DNA of 34,726 bases from Octopus bimaculoides (lineage: Eukaryota), in the NCBI RefSeq assembly GCF_001194135.2, contig NC_068982.1, positions 86,590,092 through 86,624,817 on the forward strand, written 5' to 3'. Position 1 is the first letter of the stretch. Each line of letters starts with the position of its first letter. Positions 23,051 through 33,340 of the stretch are shown in pieces. Under the pieces are notes generated by a model. The model ran no database searches. It had not been told where the DNA came from and saw only the letters and a program-made list of their open reading frames with translations. A program made the translations under genes and the position numbers.

Positions 23051-24200
23051 GCCCTCAGTCCCCTTTTATTCATCATAGTCCTCCAGGCAATAACAGAGGA
23101 ATTCAAGACGAGCTGTCCCTGGGAGTTCCTCTATGCTGATGATCTAGCCCTCATAGCAGAATCACTACCAGAACTAGAAAAAAAATTCAGGTGTGGAAGC
23201 AAGGTTTAGAATCAAAAGGCCTTAGAGTCAATGTAGCAAAGACCAGAGTTCTAGTAAGTAGGAAGGCGAACACATCACACACCCCCTAAGGTAGGTGGCT
23301 CTGCTTGATGTGTAGACAAGGTGTAGGTAGAAACTCCATACGATGTACCCAGTGTAAGCTATGGACACATAAGAGGTGCAGCAACACCAAAGGAAGATTA
23401 ACCGAGAAGATAGCTTTCATGTGCAGTAGATGCACAGGGGCAATAAATGCAACAGATTCCATCATACTCCAAGGGGAGAAACTAGAAGTAGTTGATAGCT
23501 TCTGCTACCTAGGTGATCAAGTTAGTAGTGGGGTTGGATGCTCACAGAGTGTTACCACTAGAATAAGAATAGCCTGGGCAAAGTTTAGAAAGCTTCTACC
23601 CCTACTGGTGACAAAGGGCCTCTCGCTCAGAATGAAAGGTAGATTGTATGATGCATGTGTGCAAACTGCCATGCTTCACAGCAGTGAAACATGGGCTGTG
23701 ACTGCAGAGGACATGCGTAGGCTCAAAAGAAATAAAGCTAGCATGATCCGCTAGATGTGTAATGTCAGTGTGCACACACGACAGAGTGTGAGTGCCCTGA
23801 GAGAAATGTTGGACATAAGAAGCATTGGATGTGGCATGCAAGAGAGATGTTTGCGCTGGTATGGTCATGTACTATGGATGGATGAGGAGAGATGTGTGAA
23901 GAAGTGCCACTCCCAAACAGTTGAAGGAATCTGGGGTAGAGGTAGACACAGGAAGACATGGGATGAGGTGGTCAAGCATGACCTTTGAACGTTGGGCCTC
24001 ACAGAAGTAATGACAAAAGATCGAGACCTCTGGAGATATGCTGTGACTGTGAAGACCCGGCAAATAAAGTGAGTTTACAGCTGTATCCTACACCAGTTTT
24101 GAATAACCAGCCCATTCAAAAGTACCTTGGATAGTAGGGCCACCTGCTGTGCTTGAGGAGACCTATTGAGTCAAGTACATCAACATCAAAATGAAAATCA
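23051..24200 (+). mobile_element. 5'-truncated RTE LINE ORF2 fragment with YADD, PHD finger and C-terminus; 3' UTR truncated
   Basis: ALSPLLFIIVLQAITEEFKTSCPWEFLYADDLAL (YADD 23132-23143), C4HC3 finger 23302-23433, VDSFCYLG, RIRIAWAKFRKLLPLL, GRHRKTWDEVV, stop near 24072. Several internal stops and frameshifts. Confidence 0.92.
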
Positions 24201-24229
24201 AACCCATAAACAAAGTGAAAACTTGAAAT

Positions 24230-25580
24230 GCATGAGTCTAAGAAGTATCCTGAAAAGTATGTCTAACAGAATATCCAGTCCATCCCTAATGGAAGGCTAT
24301 TCATAGAACACACTGAATATTATAACTCAGCACTGGCTAGGGCAGGATATAAAGATTAAGTAAAATACATACAAAATAGTATAGCACTGCATCAATATCC
24401 TATCTGAGATAAAAATACAAGAGGATATGTTAGGAATAATTCAGGAATAAAGATACCCCCCCCCAAAAAAAAACACAATGAATGGGATAGAGACTAAAAT
24501 AGGAACACGACAACACTAAGGAAAGTAGGAATCAAGCAGGACACATAAAGCACTATGGTGGGGAAGAAGGGAAGGGACAGATAAATACAGATAGAAAGAG
24601 CAGCCTTATAGAAACAGAAATAATATATCATAACAAACCAAATAGATACATTAAAAGAAATGGAGAAATCATAAATGATGAAATTATCTGGTTTAACCCA
24701 ATCTTCGGATTGCAGCTAAAATCTAGGATTGGACAGGAAATTTTCTCTGCACTGGACAGGCATTTTCCTAGATAGAGTAAATATTACAAAATCGTCAACA
24801 GGCATAGTGTGAAACTAGTATATGCAACATCACATAAACTAGAATATTCTATATATAAATTAAATAGCAAAAAGCTAGAATGTAGAAATAGAAAAATGGT
24901 AGATCAAAATAGAATAAGCAGCAAGAGAATGGATAAGAAGATGAATAGTATATACTCGATAAAAACAAACATGGGTCCAAATAATACATCATTGACAGTG
25001 AAGTTCAAACCTGGTATAATGAGATCATAGCAGTAGAAGAAAGACAAAAGTGGCAATAATAACTCCAATAGTAAGCAAAACACACAGTTAAACACCAATC
25101 TGCACAATATAAGTGATGATGTGGAACAAAAACAAAACTAAAAACAACACAGCAACATGTAAGCACAGACAGAAACAAATGCAAATTTGAAAACAACTGC
25201 ATGAGGAGGAGCGTGATTTATAAATATGAAGTGAAGGCAAGTGCACTAAAATATGTGTACATTGGTTGGACATTGAACATGATGAAAAGCTGTCTGAGAA
25301 ACCATATTGTGTCATTTTTTAGATAAAAATGAAAGTCACTGCTCATCCTTAGTTAACCTCTTCTGGAGATTAATAGAAAATGAAGTGGAACACACAACTA
25401 AGTGGTCTATGTTAAAAAACGCCAAACCATGTGATGGAACATCAATCTGTCTGGAGGAAATGCTGGAAATTATTATCTCCAAGGAAAACATAATTAATAG
25501 ACACTCTGAAATGGTTGTATTGTATAGATATAAAATAAAAAGAAATCTTTCTTGGGACTGGAACAAAGCATTATGAAACA
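24230..25580 (+). mobile_element. Penelope-like element remnant (RT thumb/linker plus GIY-YIG endonuclease)
   Basis: ILKSMSNRISS...EYYNSALARAGYKD (24250-24360); EIIWFNPIFGLQLKSRIGQEIFSALDRHFPR*SKYYKIVNRHSVKLVY (24680-24830); KCKFENNCMRRSVIYKYEV...YVYIGWT...NHIVSF then a frameshift and CSSLVNLFWRL...KWSMLKNA...ICLEEMLEII (25175-25480). These are the GIY-YIG and flanking motifs of PLE ORFs. Confidence 0.8.
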
Positions 25581-26521
25581 AAGAAACACTAAACATTAAA
25601 CCAAACAATAGAAGGACCTCCCAAATGAAGTAAAGAAAAATGACCTTACATACAGCATAGGATTTACTACAAGGAAATTTCAGCATAGTGGTGCATAAAT
25701 ATCAAGAACTCTGGCATAAGCCATGTGCTGTAAGTGCTTATAATTGTTATATAATTGGACATGCAGGGAAAATAATACTAGATGAATATATTGGCTCTAC
25801 AGAAAAACTAACACCATCAATGAACAAACAGTAGCATCACTAACAAATAACATGCTCCTTTAAGGAACAATATTTGACAGTACAGTAGGTAGCGCTGTGA
25901 AATACTTAATGATACCAAGGTAGTCTTATTCTCCACCTTAACTGGCACTGGAGCAGAAATCCTGAACTGATAACATCTATACAAAAATTTGCTCCCTTGT
26001 TATTACAGCTTGTAAAATCATAAATGTAGCACCCTGCTGAGGTTGAGGTTAAATCACTCCCCACCTCACAGCATATATACACTGAAATGAAAACACTATT
26101 GTCTTCTTTTCCTTCTCTTATTTATTCTTTCTTTCTTTTCTTTTTCCTATCCACACACACCTACTTTCACAAATCTAGATACAAAGCAAAATGCTGCCTA
26201 TATTCTCCCTCCTGTACTGTTTCTATATATCAATCTATATAAGACAAAATATTCACAGGTATCACCCATAAACCTCACAGAACTTTCTGATTGTGGAAAT
26301 TGGTAAATATCCCTTAGCTAAACATTAAGTACAACTAGAACACTAATGCAATTTTTGCTTAAAGAAGCAAACACATGTAATAATGGCTCCATGGATATTG
26401 CAAATCATATTTGTAGTGTCTTATGGATGGGCAACGCAGTCACTAAAAAACATGTGCTTTGGGGAAACGTACATAGCAATGCATTAAAATATTTATGAAT
26501 TTCCATCCAAAAGTTCTCATT

Positions 26522-28408
26522 TATCATCATCATCATCATCGTTTAACGTCAGATTTCCATGCTAGCATGGGTTGGCCAATTTGACTGAGGACTGGTGAAC
26601 CAGATGGCTACACCAGGCTCCAATCTGATCTAGCAGAGTTTCTACAGCTGGATGCCCTTCTTAACACCAACCACTCCGAGAGTGTAGTGGATGCTTTTAT
26701 GTGCCACCGGCACGAAGGCCAGTCAGGTGGTACTGGCAACGGCGACGCTCAAAATGGTGTATTTTACGTGCCACCTGCACAGGAGCCAGTCCAGCGGCAC
26801 TGGCAAAGATCTCGCTCAAATGTCTTTACACGTGCCACCAGCATGAGTGCCACGAAGGCGACGCTGGGCACAGGTGCCGTCACGATTTCGCTTTTGCTTG
26901 CCCCAACAGGTCTTTACAAGCCGAGTTTCGTGTCCAATGGAGGAGACGACGTTGGCATGGGTGCCAGTCGTCGAATTTAGTTCGATTTCGATTCTGATTT
27001 CACTTGCCTCAACAGGTCTTCGCAAGTGGAGTTTAGTGTCCAATGAGGGAATGTTACGCATAAGTGGGCTGGTTACATCCCTGGTAGAGGCCTTGGATTT
27101 AGGTCTCACTTGGCTTGCCGGGTCTTCTCACGCACAGCATATTTCCAAAGGTCTTGGTCAGAAGTCATCGCCTCAGTGAGGCCCAATGTTCGAAGGTCGT
27201 GCCTCGCCACCTCATCCCAGGTCTTCCTGGGCCTACCTCTTCCACAGGTTCTCTCAACTGCTAGGGAGTGGCACTTTTTCACACAGCTATCCTCATCCAT
27301 TCTCACCACATGTCCATACCAGCACAATCGTCTCTCTTGTACACCACAACTGATGCTTCTTAGGTCCAACTTTTCTCTCAAGGTACTTACGCTCTAACTA
27401 GTATGCACACTGACATTACACATCCATCAGAGCATACTGGCTTCATTCCTTGCGAGCCTACGCATGTCTTCAGCAGTCACGGCCCATGTTTCACTGCTAT
27501 GAAGCATAGCTGTTTGAACACATGCGTCATACAGTCTGCCTTTTGCTCTGAGAGAGAAACCCTTTGTCACCAGCAGAGGTAAGAGCTCTCTGAACTTTGC
27601 CCAGGCTATTCTTATTCTAGCAGCTACACTTTCAGCGCACCCTCCCCCACTACTAACTTGGTCACCTAGTTAGCGGAAGCTATCAACTGCTTCTAGTTTT
27701 TCTCCCTGGAATGTGGCAGAAGTTGTTTTCTGCACATTTACAGTGTTTATTGCTCCTGAACATCTGCTACATACAAAAACTAACTTCCTAGTTAACCTTC
27801 CTTTGATATTGCTACTCCTCTTATGTGTCCATAGCTTGCACTTGGTGCATCTTATAGAGTTTCTACCTACGCCTTTTCTACAGATCAAGCAAGGCCATCT
27901 ACCTGAAGAGGTTTGTGTTTTGTCTACCTTCCTACTTATTAGGACTTTGGTTTTAGCTAGGTTGACTCTAAGGCCCTTTGATTCTAGTCCTTGCTTCCAC
28001 ACCTGAAACTTCTCCTCTATTTCTGATAGTGACTCAGCAATTAGTGCAAGGTCATCAGCATAGAGGAGCTCCCAGGGGCATCCTGTCTTGAATTCCTCTG
28101 TTATCGCCTGGAGGACTATGATAAATAGGAGGGGCTGAGGACAGAACCTTGGTGGACCCTTACCTCTACCCGTAATTCTTCACTGTACTCATTTCCAACC
28201 CTCACCTTACTGACAGCATCCCTGTACATGGCTCGCACAGCTCTCACTAACCATTCATCTATCCCTAGTTTCCTCATTGGCTTTCTCCATGTCAACAAAA
28301 GCAAGGTACAGAGGTTTATCCTTGGCTAGATATTTCTCCTGAAGCTGTCTTACCAGAAATATAGCATCAGTGGTGCTTTTCCCAGGCACAAACCCAAACT
28401 GCATCTCA
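26522..28408 (-). mobile_element. 5'-truncated, relatively young RTE LINE with a complete ~580-nt 3' UTR and (GAT)n tail
   Basis: EMQFGFVPGKSTTDAIFLVRQLQEKYLAKDKPLYLAFVDMEKA, then a short deletion of the FDRV segment near 28280, then MRKLGIDEW...VHQGSVLSP, LLYADD, WPCLICRKGVGRNSIRCTKCKLWTHKR, and EKTRQAK stop at 27106. The tail is (CAT)n on the plus strand at 26522-26540. Confidence 0.93.
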
Positions 28409-28429
28409 TTATTACTATATATATATATT

Positions 28430-28491
28430 GGTCAAGCACTAAGTGTGCTTGATCCAACAAAATGTCGGATCAAGCTCAAATGAGCCTTGAC
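28430..28491. repeat. Cluster of three overlapping hairpins built from TCAAGC/GCTTGA motifs
   Basis: tcaagcac/gtgcttga (28432-28452), gcttgatccaaca/tgtcggatcaagc (28447-28475) and tcaagctca/tgagccttga (28470-28490). Confidence 0.75.
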
Positions 28492-28719
28492 TATAATAAT
28501 TTCACAACCTTGCTGTGCATTAGAAATATTGATTTTTACAATTTTTTAATTTCCATTAATTTTCTTAAACTTGGTTAAAATTGCAAATACTTTATGTTAA
28601 AATATTCATTGTATTATAACCTTTATTTTCATATAAGTTTTATGGAATAATGATTAATAATTATGATAATAATAAAATCTTTTTAATATTATTTACTCAA
28701 CAACCTCTTCATATTCACA

Positions 28720-28847
28720 TTTCACTCAGCTCTCTTGCTTTTTAACTCTTACTTAACCTCTCCCACTCTTCTTTCTATGTTCGTTTACTCTCTCTCCTAC
28801 TTATTCTCCCTCCTTTCTATCAGTCATTCCCTCTTTATATATCTATC

Positions 28848-28878
<31 letters not shown>

Positions 28879-29290
28879 TTCCTTCTGTCTCTTATGTTTG
28901 CTTTTCTTTCTCTCACTCTTCCTCTTTCTATGTTTGTTTACTATCTTTTCAACTTATTGTCCTCTTCCTGTCAACCCTCTATCAACCCTCCAGTTTATCT
29001 ATAAGGCCTCCCCTCTCTCTATATCTAGCTTTCTGTCTGTCTATCTATCTATCTGTCTGTCTCTATATCTGTCTTTCTCTTTCTCTGTCTTTTCATTTGC
29101 ATTTCCCTCTTACACTCTTCCTCCTTCTACTGCTGTAACTTCCTCTCTTTCTCTCTTACACTCCCCCCTCTATCTCCTGAACATGCTTTACTACCCTTTC
29201 TTTCCTGTCTACTCTGCCTATTCCTCTCTACTTCACAACACTAGAGAAGTTAAACTGCCCACCAGGTCATGTCTTCTCTCTGGTTATGTC
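28720..29290. repeat. Pyrimidine-rich low-complexity tract with (TCTG)n and (TCTA)n microsatellites
   Basis: tctgtctgtctgtctgtctgtctgtc at about 28851-28878 and ctatctatctatctgtctgtc at about 29040-29062; almost purely C/T on the plus strand. Confidence 0.85.
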
Positions 29291-29449
29291 TGGTCTCTTC
29301 TTTCTGATGGTCATCACCAGGTTAAATTTAATTAACATCATGTCCGAATTCTCATTAATTTATCAAATTAGTATTTTTCTGCTTTTTCATTGGGCTCAAA
29401 GGTAACCTGAATAGTGTGAAAAGAGGGAGGTACAGGTGTTTTTATGTGA

Positions 29450-29650
29450 GACAATGTGGTTGCTCAACCTGTTGGAAATAGCAGTCATATTGCTCTCAAA
29501 TTACTTCCTACTGTCTCTTAGAAAGGACACATTTGATGATGTATTTTTAAATGTACTGTATCAGAAATACAGAATGGCTGGTTAAGCTGAAACATCTTTG
29601 ATCATAGGTCTGCTAACTCAGAAGTGGTCAGGGGCTAAATAATCAGAAAT
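29450..29650 (+). mobile_element. Degenerate SINE body remnant
   Basis: gtggttgctcaacctgttggaaatagcagtcatattgctctcaaattacttcctac resembles a recalled cephalopod SINE core. No search was run. Confidence 0.4.
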
Positions 29651-29736
29651 GTTTTATGTACAAAGTAAGATGGCAATGGTACTTGAATGATAATCTAAAT
29701 AATAAATGATATAATGTAATCTTAAAAAACAAGAAA

Positions 29737-30556
29737 TTTAAATGGAAAACATTTCCTGTTTTACAGAAAAGGGGTTCAACAAAATGTTCAGACTTCAAAT
29801 TTTACTAAAAAAAATTGTTGTTTTACAGAAAAAGGTTTAATAAAATGTTGAACCTTCAAAAGTTAGAAACTAGAATTGAAAAAATAAAAAATTTTAATTG
29901 GCATTTTGTTACACTTTTTGAAAAAATAATAATCTTAATAATAAACTCTTCATCCTCTTTCTTTCCCTTTTCTCCTCCCTTTATCTGGGACATCATCCTG
30001 CTTCCCAAACCTATCTCTCTTTCATGCTTCTTCTCTCTCTCTTTTTCTTCTCCTTTTCTATCTTCTTCCTCCTTTTCCTTTTCTCTTCTTCATTCCCTCA
30101 TTCACCTCCTTCCATCTTTCCTCTTCAAATAGCTCATTATCCTTCTTCCTGGACCTACCTTTGTTTCATGTTTCTACTCTCCTCCTTTTTCTCTTCTCCT
30201 CCATTCCATTATTAGTCTCCTTCCATCCTTAATCCCCATTAAATACTTCTACTTGTGCTTCTAAAAGAAATGATGTGGTTAATCTTCATTTGTTAATAAA
30301 AGTGGATAAAGTGGTGGTATTCACCACTCCCTTTAAAAATAAGATTTGTTTGCTAATGAGATGAGCATTTCAAAAGGTGCAACAAAATGCCAATTAATTT
30401 TTTTTTATGTTTTCGATTCTAGTTTCTAACTTTTGAAGGCTCAACATTTTATTAAACCTTTTTCTATAAAATAACTATTTTCTTTTAAAAAAATTTGGAG
30501 TTTGAACATTTTGTTGAACCCTTTTTCCGTAAAACAGAATTTTTTTTTCAATTAAA
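29737..30556. mobile_element. MITE/foldback-like element: ~185-bp inverted arms around a CT-rich spacer
   Basis: Left arm 29737-29923 (...ctgttttacagaaaaggggttcaacaaaatgttcag...ttgaaccttcaaaagttagaaactagaat...ttggcattttgttacac) is the reverse complement of 30368-30556, with scattered mismatches. Confidence 0.8.
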
Positions 30557-30569
30557 ACACACATATATA

Positions 30570-30710
30570 TGTGATGTATTCATTGGTTTCCATCCACCAA
30601 ATTCCACTTAAAGTATTGGTCAACCCAAGGTTCGGGGTGAAGGTATTTTCTGTGTAATAGGACTGAACTACATAATTGTGAAGTAAACTTCTTAACTACA
30701 CAGCTATTTT
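30570..30710 (-). mobile_element. Degenerate SINE remnant
   Basis: ccaccaaattccacttaaagtattggtcaacccaagg...ggactgaac...cttcttaactacacagc resembles the antisense 5' part of a recalled tRNA-derived SINE. Confidence 0.4.
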
Positions 30711-31309
30711 TTCATTTGTGTTGAAGTACAAATTATCAAATCACTGAAATAACAAATACTTAATTTGTAGAAACCAACCATTTCCACTGAATATTTGCCC
30801 ACCCCACACACACACAAAAAAAAAATAGAGTAGGTTATGGTATGGCTTAGAAACTCAATGTTCTGTATGTCAGAAAGAATGAACTCTTCACAGTAAATAA
30901 TTTTCTTTTCTTTCCTATATATTGTAAAAGAAACATTGTCAATTCTCTGTGCCAAATAATTCACAAACATAGTTTCATATAAAGTGATTTTCAGTTGCTA
31001 AGGATGTCAATTTTGGATTTGAGAGACACTCAAATTTTTGGTGATATACTATGTAAGTCTGAAGAGACATGTTATATTTAAGAGGAAATGTATAGTCCCT
31101 ATTAAAAGAAAAGTGGCACTATATGAAGTTATTTGCATTTAATGTACAAATATTTTGATTTAAGGACTTTGGTATAGGCCTACATTGTCTTTAGAGATAG
31201 CTTGGGTGTATTAATATTTTCATTTAAGCAATGGCAGAAGTAGTTGATGATTTAAGATGAAAATGCTGCTATTTTGTCAAAAAAAAAAAGAAAAAAGAAT
31301 TATACTCAC

Positions 31310-31421
31310 TGCTTCCTGGAGACCCACATGCATCATAAAAAGCTTTTGATATTTGAAAATATCCACATGTAATTGGGCCATCACCCCCATAGCAATCTGC
31401 AGGCTTGCATTTGGTTTCAAT
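31310..31421 (-). CDS. Internal coding exon of the i-type lysozyme gene (catalytic region)
   Basis: Acceptor tttttag at 31422 and donor GTGAGT at 31309. 112 nt (phase 0 to phase 1) encoding IETKCKPADCYGGDGPITCGYFQISKAFYDACGSPGS. Matches the i-type signature E...CKP..C.......CGYFQI....W.DCG.PG. Too short to appear in the ORF track. Confidence 0.92.
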
Positions 31422-32659
31422 CTAAAAAATATATATATGCATTATTTTAATGTCTCCTTTTCATGCTTGCAAAGTAATTGAGGCAGATTTTCTACAGCTG
31501 GATGCCCTTCTTGTCACCAACCCATGCCCGTGTAGGAAGTGAGGTTGGCACTAGATGGGTGCCATACAATTTCCTTACATAAACGTGGAAGGAAAATAGC
31601 GGAACAAGAATATCTGAACAAATAACAATATTTATTCTCCGTTTGTACAAGTGTTACATCTTGGGACAATCAGTAGCCACGTCACCTTGGTGTGGAAGCA
31701 GCAGAGTCGGTTTAATCACAATTGTGAAGGCATTCTTCACAGGTTAGCCAACGTTGTGTGACGCCTTCAGATCTCCAGCTACACGGAGCTGGTCAAAATT
31801 GCATGCGTCTAGGTTGGCAGCAGGGATGAAGAGAAAGTATGGCAGTCAAGCCTAGCGGCTGCTGATGACTGCGCTTGCACATAAGGGGCTTCCGGCAGGC
31901 CTTCCAGAAGGCTCTAATTCCTGTGCATGCGTGGATGAAAATCCCAAAATGGCGACTGGAACCAGGCGTCACTATACCTGATTCCAAGCCTGTTAATATT
32001 CCTCCTTGGCCAGACATGGTTTTGCAGAATATTGGAAATGAATGACATTCATTTACAACTACAATCATGATGAGGAGAGAGAGAGAGAGAGAGACATACA
32101 GTAAAACCACAAAAGAATAGAAAATTATGCTTTTTTAATCCTGCTCTCATTACAGATACATTGGTAATGCATAATTCTTTGATTTATTAATCCTGCATAT
32201 CAATTGATCCATATTTGACTGACTAAGGTTCAACAGAAATCAAACAACACCAACATATGCTTCTTAAAGGATCATCACACTGCCTGGAATAGAAGACAGA
32301 ACAATTAAAGAAGATAGTAAATCTAACAATTTTGACCACAAGAAGAGGTAGGTAAGCAGGCTTAAGAATTGTAGTGTTGAGGAAATACAGAAATATGATA
32401 AGGCAAACATTCCAGCCTCATCCACCTGACAATATTGTTCAATTTAGAGGTGTCATGTGAACATGATAGATGACAAAGGACAAAAAATGTTGAGACAAGG
32501 ATAGTAACAGAAAATATTAAGTCTCTTCACCGAATAGTAAATAAAGATGAGTCATGAAGAGAATAGAAAAAATATATGTATATCAGAGCTATACATTGGT
32601 TATATACTTGAATAATGGATTATAAAATACAGGTCATATACTGATCATCACTTTACATT

Positions 32660-33340
32660 CGTTTTTCCATGTTAACATAGATTGGATGAGTCTTTTCTAA
32701 CACAGCCATTTGTTATCATTCTTTATCCTATCCTTCATGAGGTTCTAGCTCTTAAGATCAACTTTCAATTGCATCTTACTTCATTGGTCATCTCCAGCCA
32801 CATGTTCTTTCCTTTAGGATTGTCTGGCACTTCTTTATCCAGTTGTCATTCTCCATATGAATCACAGAGGTACACCAGCTCAGGTTTCTCCTATGCACAC
32901 CACATATGATCATGCTTATACCCAGTTTTTCTACTGGTTCAATCCATGCTCTGACATTTATACATACATTACAAATCCAATACAGCATACTAGTCATCAT
33001 ACACTTTCTGTATTCAGTACTCATGTTTCTCTGATATACAACATAGCAATTTGTATGTAAGTATTATAGAATATAACCTTCATTTGTAATAGTTTTCTGA
33101 ATTTTTTCCACTGCTAATTAGGTTTCTTAGGTTACAGACACTATCAAGTATGTTTTGAGAATCTTTTGAGTATTTTAAAGAATTAATTTTATGCTAACTA
33201 CTCCTGCGCATTTGCTACATACAAATTCCTGATGTTATTGTACTGCATCTCTTGTGTACCCATAGTTTACTTTTGGTGTAGTGTATGTCACTTCTACCTA
33301 CATATTTCTGCATTGAGTACAGCAGCTTTTGTCTTTGCAA
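32660..33340 (-). mobile_element. Very decayed RTE LINE ORF2 remnant
   Basis: KYVGRSDIHYTKSKLWVHKRCS (PHD-finger relic) at about 33220-33310 and WICNV...RRNLSWCTSVIHMENDNWIKKCQTI...ERTCG at about 32790-32980, separated by unrelated sequence. Confidence 0.65.

Larger units (their letters stand above)
6925..31309 (-). other. Single ~24.4 kb GT-AG intron of the i-type lysozyme gene (24,385 nt including N gaps)
   Basis: Donor GTGAGT at 31309-31304 and acceptor AG at 6926-6925. The flanking phases are compatible (a|gt = Ser) and give continuous ...CGSPGS-S-WQQC..., with no lysozyme residues missing between the exons. Confidence 0.82.

Noticed and set aside
26020-26075. cctgctgagg...cctcacagc as a hammerhead at the PLE remnant's 3' end
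   Set aside because: The core reads CTGCTGA rather than CTGANGA and no GAAA follows.
26687-27397. GC-rich plus-strand ORFs of 95-110 aa
   Set aside because: They are antisense frames of the RTE 3' UTR and ORF2 C-terminus.
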